Shown here: one piece after another, positions 1-9,486 of the stretch
Numbering within the stretch: position 1 is the stretch's first letter
Layout of the letters: every line of letters begins with the position of its first letter
NCBI GenBank assembly: GCA_020344015.1
Contig: CP070812.1
Location: 2,740,126-2,804,125, forward strand
Direction: 5' to 3'
DNA from: Gemmatimonadota bacterium
GTDB lineage: Bacteria; Gemmatimonadota; Gemmatimonadetes; Palauibacterales; KS3-K002
DNA length: 64,000 nt
The notes under the pieces: model-generated
What the model was told of the DNA's origin: nothing
Databases searched by the model: none
The model's input: only the letters and a program-made list of their open reading frames with translations
Translations under genes and position numbers: made by a program

Positions 1-330
1 ACCCGCTGTGGGAAGGACGATGAACAGAGTGGCCAGAAAGGCGAGGGTGCCCGATACCTGCATCTGGAACAGCCAGTGTTCCGGAAACGGCATGAAAAAG
101 GGACGCCCTGTGGCGATCATCAGGATCGCCCCGGCGACGACCGTGACGGTCGCCGCCACCGCGATCAAGCCGCGATAGAGTCGACGCGCCGTCGCATAGG
201 TGAAGGCGATTATTTCGTTGTTACCCGACGCCCGCGCCTTCCCAGTCCACAAGCTGAGCGTGAACATACCGCCAAGCCACAGAGCCACGCCGATGAGATG
301 TAGGAACAGCCAAATGCCCCAGAGCCTCAT
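1..330 (-). CDS. Membrane protein, CopD/DUF2269-like (runs off window edge)
   Basis: Not in ORF track. Hand translation from ATG at 330 (RBS AGGAGG upstream) gives MRLWGIWLFLHLIGVALWLGGMFTLSLW..., open to base 1, with several hydrophobic helices and an HLIGVALWLGG motif. Confidence 0.7.
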   Translation of the reverse strand, partial: MRLWGIWLFLHLIGVALWLGGMFTLSLWTGKARASGNNEIIAFTYATARRLYRGLIAVAATVTVVAGAILMIATGRPFFMPFPEHWLFQMQVSGTLAFLATLFIVLPTAG

Positions 331-360
331 CTCGCCTCCTGGTTCGGGTGCGACCCGCCG

Positions 361-2292
361 TCAATCGCCGGCGTACGGGTCATCGGGTACCGACACTGCC
401 CGCTGCGGCGGCCCGACAGATTCGCTCGAGACACTCTTTCTGAGCCTCGAGCGGAAGAAGGCCAGCGCATCGGCGGGCGACGCTCGCTCCGTGTGGTGAA
501 ACGCCTGCAGGACCTCAGACCGCTCGCGCCCCGCAATGAGGTCCTTCACTTCGTTTACGCGGACGCGGCCGTCGATACGCCTGAGCCCGTGTGCCACCGC
601 ATCCTCGAACGGCATCTCCTGGCGCGGCGGAAACATCTCGATCCCGTCACGTCCGCGCATCACAGCCGGCTTCGGAAACCGAATGAATATCGGCTGCGTG
701 AAGTGCGGGTGCCTGACCATCAGGTCGCCCTTGGGCAGGCTGGCCAGCTTCGTCTTGGTGGCCGGCGACAGCACCGAGTACCCCGGCGTCGCCAGCTCGT
801 CCATATCCATGCGACCGTAGACCGCCGAGCCGCAGTTGCCCACCACGCGCCGGTGGACCTGGGAACGGAACTGCTGCGCACCGAACATAACGAGCCCCAG
901 GTAGCGTCCCCGCTCGCTGATGTCGAGGAGCATTTTGCGCACGTAGGTGTCGGGGCCGTCGGACGGCGCGTATTTGTTGAGTTCGTCGGCGAACACGATG
1001 ACGTTCTTCACGCCCAGCGTGCCTGATTCGAGGCCCTCGCGAAGCCTCGAGACCACCCTTGCGAACACGAGGTCCTGAGCCTCGGGCTCGACATTCGCCA
1101 CGTCGATGACATAGACCGCCCGGTCCTCGAACTCGCCCCATGGCAAATCGCTAACCGCGTCATCGTTCACGACCAAACCATGCGCGCGACTGACGATCCC
1201 GTTGAGACGATTGCGCACCTTGCGGATCGTCGCCGTGTGGTGCGTCATCCAACGATCCGAGCCGCTCGCTTCGCAGCTGGCGAGCACGTCATCGAACCAG
1301 TCTTCCAGATCGCGGAACGTGCGCACCAAGTGGTTGCGCATCACCGGCTGTCCACCCTCCGGCCCGAACCGTTGGTCGAGGACTCGGTCGCGGATGAAAT
1401 CGATCAGCGCGTCAGCCTTCGCGTCGAGGTCGTCGCGTGTCAGCAAGACCTCGGAGAACTGCATAACCTCCTTGAGCCCCCAACGCAGTGGACGCACGCT
1501 GCCCATCAGGTCCGCGTGAGTCCGCAACGTGTTCAGGTTCCAGCCGTCGGCCCGATAGGGGGCAAAGAAGCGAACGTCCTTGAACGGCTCGGGCGGGACC
1601 GCGAGCAGCTCATACATGTGACGGTCGTCCTCATCCAGCTCGCCCGGCTGGTCGAGGAACAGCAGGTCGGGCCCTTTGACGTTGAAGCAGACTGCGGCGA
1701 CCGAGCCCTTGGACTCGGGCAGGTGCTCGAAGACCGAGGCGAGTAGGAACTCGACCAGGCTGGTCTTGGTGGCCAGGCCGCTCACACCGGTGATGTTCAG
1801 GTGTGCCGCTTCGGGCCCCAGCAAGAAATCGGCGTCCAGGTAGACCCGCGCCTCGAGGCCGCCGCTGGTGTAGATGCCGAGCGGGACTCCGGTCTCATCT
1901 TCCACGCCCACGTACGAGTCCATGCGCAACCCGACCACGACGTCGGTGTCGTCCGCCAGGTAGACCGCTCCCATGGGGACGGGCTGGACGGGCTCTTCGG
2001 GCTCGCGCCTGAGGACGGCGGCGGAGTAGAGTCGGATCTCGGGCCGAAGCGAGGGTGCATGCGCCCCCGCACCCGGGTCGGCGTCGGCACCGATGTAGTC
2101 GTGGAGCGGCGACACGAGGTCGGTGTAGCTGAAGCCCTCGACCACCACGCCGTAGACCGTCTGCGCGTCGGCGACGACTTTGACGATCGAGCCGATCCCG
2201 ATCTGCGCTTCGAGGCCGGTCCAGAAGTGGAACTCGTGGGTCGTGTTGGGCCTGCGCTCGGTCCCGACCACTCGCCCTGTTAACTGACTCAT
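361..2292 (-). CDS. HerA-like ATPase (N-terminal HAS-barrel-like region plus FtsK/HerA ATPase domain)
   Basis: Variant Walker A GVSGLATKTS, Walker B VFADELNKYAP, AQQFRS motif. Start set at MSQLTGRVV (2292), 2 nt after the carB stop. Confidence 0.8.
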   Translation of the reverse strand: MSQLTGRVVGTERRPNTTHEFHFWTGLEAQIGIGSIVKVVADAQTVYGVVVEGFSYTDLVSPLHDYIGADADPGAGAHAPSLRPEIRLYSAAVLRREPEEPVQPVPMGAVYLADDTDVVVGLRMDSYVGVEDETGVPLGIYTSGGLEARVYLDADFLLGPEAAHLNITGVSGLATKTSLVEFLLASVFEHLPESKGSVAAVCFNVKGPDLLFLDQPGELDEDDRHMYELLAVPPEPFKDVRFFAPYRADGWNLNTLRTHADLMGSVRPLRWGLKEVMQFSEVLLTRDDLDAKADALIDFIRDRVLDQRFGPEGGQPVMRNHLVRTFRDLEDWFDDVLASCEASGSDRWMTHHTATIRKVRNRLNGIVSRAHGLVVNDDAVSDLPWGEFEDRAVYVIDVANVEPEAQDLVFARVVSRLREGLESGTLGVKNVIVFADELNKYAPSDGPDTYVRKMLLDISERGRYLGLVMFGAQQFRSQVHRRVVGNCGSAVYGRMDMDELATPGYSVLSPATKTKLASLPKGDLMVRHPHFTQPIFIRFPKPAVMRGRDGIEMFPPRQEMPFEDAVAHGLRRIDGRVRVNEVKDLIAGRERSEVLQAFHHTERASPADALAFFRSRLRKSVSSESVGPPQRAVSVPDDPYAGD

Positions 2293-2294
2293 GA

Positions 2295-5200
2295 TTACAC
2301 TTCCGCCATTTCTCCGCGTCGCGCCCGCTCCTGCAGACTCAGCACCTGCAGCTTGCGGTGCCGCAGCGCGATCACCGCATCGCACAACGCCGACGCGGCT
2401 GACAGCGTCGTCGTGTACGGGACACCGCGCTGGATCGCGGCGCGCCGGATCTCGTAGTCGTCGAACTGGGCGTGCTTGCCCAACGGCGTATTGATCAACA
2501 AATCGATCTCGCCCGAGATCAGATGATCGACTATGTGGGGACGGCCCTCGTGTACCTTGAGGACGGGCCGCGCTGGTATCCCACGTGCCCGCAGGTAGCG
2601 AGCCGTGCCCGATGTCGCCCAGATCTCGAATCCCAGCTCGTGGAAGCGCCGCACGATCGGGGTCACATTCGGCTTGTCCTGCTCGTGGACGGTGACCACG
2701 ATGCGGCCCGACATCGGCAGCGGATTGCCGGCGGCGACCTGCGCCTTGGCCATCGCCAGGCCGAACGAGTCGGCGATTCCCATCACCTCGCCCGTCGAGC
2801 GCATCTCCGGACCGAGCAGCGCATCGACGCCAGGTAGTTTGTCGAACGGGAACACAGACTCCTTCACGGCGACGCCCTGGAATTCGTCGTCCGCTTTCAG
2901 TTCGAATTCCTTTAGTCTGCGGCCCACCATGCAGCGCGCGGCCAGCCGCGCCAGCGGGTTACCCGTCGCCTTGCTCAGGTAGGGTACGGTGCGACTGGCC
3001 CGCGGGTTCACCTCGAGCACGTATACCACCCCATCCTTGACGGCGAACTGCACGTTGATCAGTCCGACGACACCCAGCGCCTGTGCCAGCGCCCGGGTAC
3101 GCTGTCTCATCTGTTCCACGTGCTCGTCTCGTAGCAGGTACGGCGGCACGACACAGGCCGAATCGCCGGAGTGGATGCCGGCATCTTCGATGTGCTGCAT
3201 CACGCCGCCGACGACGACGTCCTCGCCGTCGGCGACCGCGTCGACGTCGGCCTCGAAAGCGTCCTCGAGAAAGCTGTCGATCAGTACCGGGTGTTCCGGC
3301 GATGCGCGGATCGCCCGCTCGAAGTAGTCCTCCAGCGACTCTTCGTCGTAGACGATCTCCATGGCGCGGCCACCGAGGACGTAGCTGGGACGGACGAGCA
3401 CGGGATAGCCGATTCGCTGCGCCACCTCGATGGCCTGGGCCTCACTCACCGCCAATCCGTTCGGCGGCTGGTCGATCTCGAGCTCGCGGGCCAGCGCCTC
3501 GAAGCGTTCCCGGTCTTCGGCCCGGTCGATGGCATCCACCGACGTGCCGAGTATCGGGACACCCATTTCGTGCAGCTTCGACGCCAGCTTGAGCGGCGTC
3601 TGGCCGCCCATCTGCACGACGACCCCCTCGGGTTGCTCGAGCTGCACTATCTCGAGCACGTTCTCGAGGGTGAGCGGCTCGAAGTAGAGCTTGTCGCTCA
3701 CATCGAAGTCGGTGGAGACGGTCTCGGGGTTCGAGTTCACCATGATGGTCTCGAAACCCTCTTCCGCCAGGGCGAAGGCGGCGGAGACACAGCAGTAATC
3801 GAACTCGACGCCCTGTCCGATCCGGTTGGGCCCGCTCCCCAGCACCACTACCTTGCGCCGATCGCTGCGGACCGACTCGTTCTCCTCCTCGTATGTGCTG
3901 TACAGATATGGGGTGGCGGCCGGGAATTCGCCGGCACACGTATCGACCATCTTATATGACGGGTGCATCCCCCAGCCCCAACGTCGCTCGCGGACGGCCG
4001 CGGCCGTTTCATCGCGGAGTTTGCCCAGCAGCTCATCGCTGAAGCCGAGACGCTTCATCTCCCACGTCGCCTCGCGGGTCGGCTCAGCCAGCGAAGCGTA
4101 GCAGCTCTCCGCCGTCACGAGCTCGCTCAGTTGTTCGATAAACCACGGGTCGATGTGGCTGACCTCGCTGACCTGCTCGACGCTCAAGCCGTTGGCCAGA
4201 GCGCGCTTGACCTGGAAGGCGCGATCCGCGGTGGGCCGGCGCAGCGCGGCCAGCAGGCTCTCGTCATCATCGGCGGTGAGCCCATCGTCGCCCGGCGTCG
4301 CGCCGTACTCCCAACCGGCACGGCCGTTCTCCAGCGAGCCAAACCCCTTCATCCAGGCCTCTTTGAATGTGCGGCCGATGGCCATCACTTCGCCGACCGC
4401 CTTCATCTGGACGCCGAGGATCGGATCGGCGCTGGGGAACTTTTCGAAGGCGAAGCGGGGGACCTTGACGACGACATAGTCGAGGACCGGCTCGAATGAG
4501 GCGGGCGTCTCCCGCGTGATGGCGTTCGGTAGCTCGTCGAGCCGATAACCCACGGCGACCTTGGCCCCGATCCGAGCGATCGGGAAGCCGGTCGCCTTCG
4601 AGGCGAGCGCCGAGGAGCGTGAGACCCGCGGGTTCATCTCGATCACCAGCATTTCGCCGTTCTGCGGGTTGACGGCGAATTGGATGTTGCAGCCACCGGC
4701 GGCGACCCCGATCTCGCGGATGCAGGCGATCGACGCGTCCCGCATCACCTGGTACTCCGCATCCGAGAGCGTCATTGCGGGCGCCACCGTGATCGAGTCA
4801 CCTGTATGCACCCCCATCGCGTCGAAGTTCTCGATCGAGCAGACGATGACGACGTTATCGGCGTGGTCGCGCATCACCTCGAGCTCGTATTCCTTCCAGC
4901 CGATAACGCTCTTATCGATCAGGATCTCGCCGATCGGCGACGCTTCCAGACCCGTGCGCGCAGCCTGCTCGAACTCATCTCGATTGTAGGCTATTCCACC
5001 GCCGGTGCCGCCCAGGGTGAACGACGGTCGGATGATCGCCGGAAAGCTCGTTTCCTCGGCGACCGCCAGCGCTTCCTCCAGCGAGTGAGCGAAGCCGCCG
5101 TGCGGTACCTCGAGGCCGATGCGGCGCATCGCCGTCGCGAACTGCTCACGGTCCTCCGCCAAGCGGATCGCCCGAGCGTCTGCCCCGATCAGCTCGACCC

Positions 5201-5534
5201 CGTACTTCTCCAGGGTCCCGGAGTCGTAGAGATCGAGGGAGACGTTGAGCCCTACCTGGCCACCCATGGTGGGAAGCAGCGCGTCGGGCCGTTCGGCCTC
5301 GATCACTCGCTCCACCCACTCGGGCGTCAGCGGCTCGACATAGGTCGCGTCCGCCAGGTCCGGGTCGGTCATGATCGTCGCCGGGTTCGAGTTCACCAGG
5401 ATGACCCGGTAACCCTCCTCCTTCAGCGCACGAACGGCCTGCGTGCCCGAATAGTCGAACTCGCAGGCCTGCCCGATCACGATCGGCCCACTGCCCAGCA
5501 GCAGGACGCTCTGGATGTCTTCCCGCTTCGGCAT
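2295..5534 (-). CDS. carB: Carbamoyl-phosphate synthase large subunit
   Basis: [30 protein letters not shown] start, duplicated ATP-grasp halves ([20 protein letters not shown]), C-terminal MGS domain. Confidence 0.98.
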   Translation of the reverse strand: MPKREDIQSVLLLGSGPIVIGQACEFDYSGTQAVRALKEEGYRVILVNSNPATIMTDPDLADATYVEPLTPEWVERVIEAERPDALLPTMGGQVGLNVSLDLYDSGTLEKYGVELIGADARAIRLAEDREQFATAMRRIGLEVPHGGFAHSLEEALAVAEETSFPAIIRPSFTLGGTGGGIAYNRDEFEQAARTGLEASPIGEILIDKSVIGWKEYELEVMRDHADNVVIVCSIENFDAMGVHTGDSITVAPAMTLSDAEYQVMRDASIACIREIGVAAGGCNIQFAVNPQNGEMLVIEMNPRVSRSSALASKATGFPIARIGAKVAVGYRLDELPNAITRETPASFEPVLDYVVVKVPRFAFEKFPSADPILGVQMKAVGEVMAIGRTFKEAWMKGFGSLENGRAGWEYGATPGDDGLTADDDESLLAALRRPTADRAFQVKRALANGLSVEQVSEVSHIDPWFIEQLSELVTAESCYASLAEPTREATWEMKRLGFSDELLGKLRDETAAAVRERRWGWGMHPSYKMVDTCAGEFPAATPYLYSTYEEENESVRSDRRKVVVLGSGPNRIGQGVEFDYCCVSAAFALAEEGFETIMVNSNPETVSTDFDVSDKLYFEPLTLENVLEIVQLEQPEGVVVQMGGQTPLKLASKLHEMGVPILGTSVDAIDRAEDRERFEALARELEIDQPPNGLAVSEAQAIEVAQRIGYPVLVRPSYVLGGRAMEIVYDEESLEDYFERAIRASPEHPVLIDSFLEDAFEADVDAVADGEDVVVGGVMQHIEDAGIHSGDSACVVPPYLLRDEHVEQMRQRTRALAQALGVVGLINVQFAVKDGVVYVLEVNPRASRTVPYLSKATGNPLARLAARCMVGRRLKEFELKADDEFQGVAVKESVFPFDKLPGVDALLGPEMRSTGEVMGIADSFGLAMAKAQVAAGNPLPMSGRIVVTVHEQDKPNVTPIVRRFHELGFEIWATSGTARYLRARGIPARPVLKVHEGRPHIVDHLISGEIDLLINTPLGKHAQFDDYEIRRAAIQRGVPYTTTLSAASALCDAVIALRHRKLQVLSLQERARRGEMAEV

Positions 5535-5810
5535 CTAGGCCAGGGAGATCCTCCGCTGTATGGACGATTGAACGTGGTCCGTGCCCAATTCTACCCGAGC
5601 GAGACGGGCCGCGCCAGCGGGGGCGCGCGAGGGGCTGCCGTCGGCCCCCGGCGCCAACCCCGGGAATTGGGAATCCCAGACCAGCGGACTAATGGAGCAG
5701 TAGAATACTCGAGTTCAGAACGGCTGCGGCCGGTTGCCCAAATCGAGGATAGAAGCCACATTCCGGGGTCTTTTTGGCAAGATTTCACTGAAACACACTG
5801 GAGCAAGTCG

Positions 5811-8060
5811 ATGACCGCGAACGATTACAGCCTACGCACCATACAAGGTCGATTCCTGCTTATCCCGGCGCTCGTCCTGGCCGTAGGTTGCAGCACGTCG
5901 ACACCACCAGTAAGCGAGCCGACTCCCGCCGCCCCGGAGGAGGCGCCCACAGAGGTGGTACAGACGCCCGCCCTCCCCTCCGCAATGACCGAGGCAAAGG
6001 CGGGCGAGTTCGATAACGGCAAGATGTGGGCGTTCGAGTATGCCCCGTTGGAATACTTCGCCGAGACCTACGGCTTTCAGCCAGACAACGCCTGGTTCGA
6101 GAAGGCCCGACTCGGCACCCTGCGCCTCTCCAACTGTTCGGCATCCTTCGTCTCGCCGAACGGTCTCGTCATCACTAACCACCACTGCGCCCGCGAGAGC
6201 GTTACAGAGGTAAGCGGGCCCGGCGAGGCCCTCTTGGACGACGGCTTCTACGCCAGCTCGTTGGGCGACGAGCGCGAAACGAGCCGGTCGATCGACCAGC
6301 TCATCGCCATCCAGGACGTGACCGCCGAGGTGCATGCGGCAGTCGAGGGTACGGCCGCGGCCCAGAGGGCCCAGGCACAGCAAGCGATCGTGAACGAGCT
6401 ATCGCAGCGGATCGCTGCTGAGCACGGCGGTGAAGACGCCGGGATCGTGGTCGAGATTGTCGGGCTCTGGGACGGCGCCAAGTACTCGGCCTACGTGTTC
6501 CGTCGCTATTCCGATCTGCGCCTCGTGATGGCCCCCGAACTGCAGATCGGTTTCTTCGGCGGCGACTACGACAACTTCACCTTCCCGCGCTACAACCTCG
6601 ACTTCTCGTTCTACCGCATCTACGACGAGGAAGGAAACCCGGTCGAGCCCGAGTTCTGGTTCGAGTGGAGCGAGGGAGGCGTCGAGCAAGGGGATGCAGT
6701 CTTCGTCATCGGCAGCCCGGCCAGTACCAGCCGGCTGCAGACGGTCGCCCAGCTCGAGTGGCGCGCGGCGGCCGAAGACAGGACCATCTATGAGCTGTAC
6801 AAGAGCCGCGCCGATGCAATGCAGGCGTTCTACGACCAGGACCCGGAGACCGGCGAGGAGATGGACCTGCGCGACGAGATCTCCAACTTCCGGAACGCGG
6901 AGAAAGCATACTACGGTCAGTGGCAAGGCTTTCAGAACCCCGAGTACATGGCGCGGCGCCGTGACTCGGAGCGTCAGTTCCGCGAGGCCGCCGAACGCGA
7001 TCCGGCGCTCGGCCCACGGATCGGCCAGCTGATAGACCAGATGGCGGGTATCCAGAGTCAGCGTATGGAATACGCGGCCGACTGGGGCGCCTTCATCGCA
7101 TTCGGGAGCCCGGCCTTCGAGGCGGCGGCCGTGCAGCGCGCCCAGATGGCCTACATCTACGTCAGCGCAAGCCAGGCCGGTGCACCGCCGGATGCGCTCG
7201 CCGATCTGAAAGGTGACCTGCTCTCGGTCGAGGATCAGCCCGACGCCTTACAGCAGGGACTCTTCGCAGCCCGCTTGGCGGATTTCGAGGAACACCTCGG
7301 TGCCGAGAGCCCGATCGTCCAGAGCATCCTGCGGGGGCGCACACCGGACGCCGCTGCCGCCGCGATCCTCGCCCAGTCCGCCCTCGCCGACGCAGCGAGC
7401 ACGGCGGAGGCGCTGGAGAACGGATCGCTCACTACACAGGACCCTGCGATCCAGATGATCGGCGCGATCTTAGAGCGCCTGCGTGCCTACCTGCTTGCCT
7501 TCCGGGGTTTCGCGGAGCAGGAGGCCACCATAGCCAGTGAACTGGGCCGCGCCCGGTTCGACGTCTACGGGATCACCATTCCGCCGGACGCCACGTTCTC
7601 GCCGCGCATCGCCGACGGCGTGGTGAAGGGCTACGAGTACAACGGGACGGTCGCGCCAGTCTACACGACCCTCTACGGGCTCTACGACCATTACCACTCG
7701 TACGGCCCCGGCAGCGACTGGGACCTGCCGCCACGCTGGCTGAGCCCGCCGCAGACGCTGGATCTGGCGACGCCGGTCAACTTCGTGCTCACGTCCGACA
7801 CTACCGGTGGTAACTCGGGCTCGCCGGTGATCAACGCCGAGCTCGAGGTCGTGGGTCTCGTGTTCGACGGCAACATCGAGAGCCTGCCGGGCGACTACAT
7901 CTACGACACGAAGGTCAACCGGACGGTAGCCGTCGACGTGCGCGGCATACTCGAGGCGCTTGACGAGATCTACGACGCCGACCGCATCGTGCTCGAGCTG
8001 ACGACGGGCCAGCTCGTCGAGACCGAGGCGGAAGCGGACGCGGTTATCTCGGGCAGGTAG
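5811..8060 (+). CDS. S46-family dipeptidyl peptidase, predicted lipoprotein
   Basis: TNHHC and DTTGGNSGSPV catalytic motifs, GLVFDGN, lipobox LAVGC. The ORF-track extension to 4680 overlaps carB antisense, so the start is set at MTANDYS. Confidence 0.92.
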   Translation: MTANDYSLRTIQGRFLLIPALVLAVGCSTSTPPVSEPTPAAPEEAPTEVVQTPALPSAMTEAKAGEFDNGKMWAFEYAPLEYFAETYGFQPDNAWFEKARLGTLRLSNCSASFVSPNGLVITNHHCARESVTEVSGPGEALLDDGFYASSLGDERETSRSIDQLIAIQDVTAEVHAAVEGTAAAQRAQAQQAIVNELSQRIAAEHGGEDAGIVVEIVGLWDGAKYSAYVFRRYSDLRLVMAPELQIGFFGGDYDNFTFPRYNLDFSFYRIYDEEGNPVEPEFWFEWSEGGVEQGDAVFVIGSPASTSRLQTVAQLEWRAAAEDRTIYELYKSRADAMQAFYDQDPETGEEMDLRDEISNFRNAEKAYYGQWQGFQNPEYMARRRDSERQFREAAERDPALGPRIGQLIDQMAGIQSQRMEYAADWGAFIAFGSPAFEAAAVQRAQMAYIYVSASQAGAPPDALADLKGDLLSVEDQPDALQQGLFAARLADFEEHLGAESPIVQSILRGRTPDAAAAAILAQSALADAASTAEALENGSLTTQDPAIQMIGAILERLRAYLLAFRGFAEQEATIASELGRARFDVYGITIPPDATFSPRIADGVVKGYEYNGTVAPVYTTLYGLYDHYHSYGPGSDWDLPPRWLSPPQTLDLATPVNFVLTSDTTGGNSGSPVINAELEVVGLVFDGNIESLPGDYIYDTKVNRTVAVDVRGILEALDEIYDADRIVLELTTGQLVETEAEADAVISGR

Positions 8061-8107
8061 GGCCGACACCCGTTTCCCGGGTTTCCAAGAGTCTTTCGAG
8101 TAGCGAG

Positions 8108-8164
8108 AACAAAGTCCCAATCTCCAGATGCTCTACTGACGCAGATTGGAGATTGGGGCTTGTT
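8108..8164. terminator. Intergenic hairpin between convergent genes (probable bidirectional terminator)
   Basis: aacaaagtcccaatctcca (8108-8126) pairs with ttggagattggggcttgtt (8146-8164). Confidence 0.6.
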
Positions 8165-8241
8165 ATTTGGCTCTTGTGAGGACGAGGCCGGCGCACCACT
8201 GAGGCCGCGCCCCGCCGGCCCACCTTTCATCACGGATCAAC

Positions 8242-9453
8242 TCAACCCGCGAGCGCCTGGTCGAAGTCGGCGATGATGTCCTCCGCATCTTCCAGTCCTA
8301 CGCTAACGCGGATCAGGTTCTCCGAAATCCCGGCCTCGGCCCTCTGCTCCGGCGTCAGCCGCGCATGGATCATCGAGGCCGCGTGCACCGCCAGCGTCTC
8401 GGTGCCGCCCAGGCTGACCGCCCGCCGCGCCAACTGCATGCGTGCCGCGAAGTTCCGGGCCGCCTCGAAGCCGCCGGCCAGCTCGAATACGACCATGCCA
8501 CCGAAACCGTCCATCTGCTTTTTCGCCAGCTCGTGCTGCGGGTGGGTGGCAAGTCCCGGATAGTAGACGCGCTCGACAGCTCCGTGCGACTCGAGGAACT
8601 GGGCCACCGTCATGGCGTTCGAATTGTGGCGCGCCACCCGGAAGGGCAGAGTCTGAATACCGCGCGCCAGCAGCCACGACTCGAACGGGTGCGAGATACC
8701 GCCGTGGATGATAAGCCCGAACCACAGCGTCTCGATTCGCTCACGGTCGCCGACGATGATGCCGGCCGTGACATCGCTGTGGCCACCCAGGTACTTAGTC
8801 GCGCTGTGCACGACCAGATCGATCCCGTGCTCTATCGGCCGCTGGTTTATAGGCGTCGCGAACGTATTGTCCATGCAGGTCGTGATGCCACGCTGGCGCG
8901 CCAGCGCCGCGACACCCGCCAGGTCGGTCACCGCCAGCGTCGGGTTCACGGGAGTCTCGAGGAAGATCAGGCGCGTCTCGGGCCGGATCGCCGCCTCGAA
9001 CGCCCCCAGATCCGTCTGCTCCACCAGGGTCACGTCGATACCGTAGCGCGGTAGCCAGGCCTCCAGCGCCTTCATCGTGCCAACGTAGTGACAGGTCTGC
9101 GCGATCACGTGATCCCCGTTCTTCAACAGACCCAGGAAGACCAGCATGATCGCCGCCATCCCCGAAGCCGTTACCAGCGCCGCTTCCCCACCTTCCAGCA
9201 GCGCGATTGCCTCCTGCACAGCGGTAAAGTTGGGATTCCCGTAGCGAGTGTAGAACGTCTCGGGCCGGGTGGCCGTAGCGGCGTCCGCGACCTCACCGGG
9301 TTCACGGAAGGCGAAGGTCGAGCTCTGCCAGATCGGCGTCCCGATCGGGGCGCCCATACCGGGGCCGTAGACCTCCGGGCCGGACGCCGAATGGATCGCT
9401 CGCGTCGCCGTACCCCAGCGGTTGGAGTCCTGCTTCTTGCCCTTGCTCATCAT
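8242..9453 (-). CDS. PLP-dependent trans-sulfuration enzyme (methionine gamma-lyase/cystathionine gamma-synthase family)
   Basis: YTRYGNP, TASGMAAI, ETPVNP, DNTFATP, HSATKYLGGHSD (PLP lysine), RVSVGLED. Confidence 0.93.
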   Translation of the reverse strand: MMSKGKKQDSNRWGTATRAIHSASGPEVYGPGMGAPIGTPIWQSSTFAFREPGEVADAATATRPETFYTRYGNPNFTAVQEAIALLEGGEAALVTASGMAAIMLVFLGLLKNGDHVIAQTCHYVGTMKALEAWLPRYGIDVTLVEQTDLGAFEAAIRPETRLIFLETPVNPTLAVTDLAGVAALARQRGITTCMDNTFATPINQRPIEHGIDLVVHSATKYLGGHSDVTAGIIVGDRERIETLWFGLIIHGGISHPFESWLLARGIQTLPFRVARHNSNAMTVAQFLESHGAVERVYYPGLATHPQHELAKKQMDGFGGMVVFELAGGFEAARNFAARMQLARRAVSLGGTETLAVHAASMIHARLTPEQRAEAGISENLIRVSVGLEDAEDIIADFDQALAG

Positions 9454-9486
9454 CCCTCCGTTCTAGGTCCGCTCAAGCACGCCGGA

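Noticed and set aside
361-2292. HerA-based anti-phage defence system
   Set aside because: No Sir2, DUF4297 or nuclease partner is adjacent, and the context is housekeeping.
4680-5810. N-terminal extension of the S46 ORF (1126 aa in track)
   Set aside because: It is the antisense shadow of carB plus the intergenic region. The lipoprotein signal starts at 5811.
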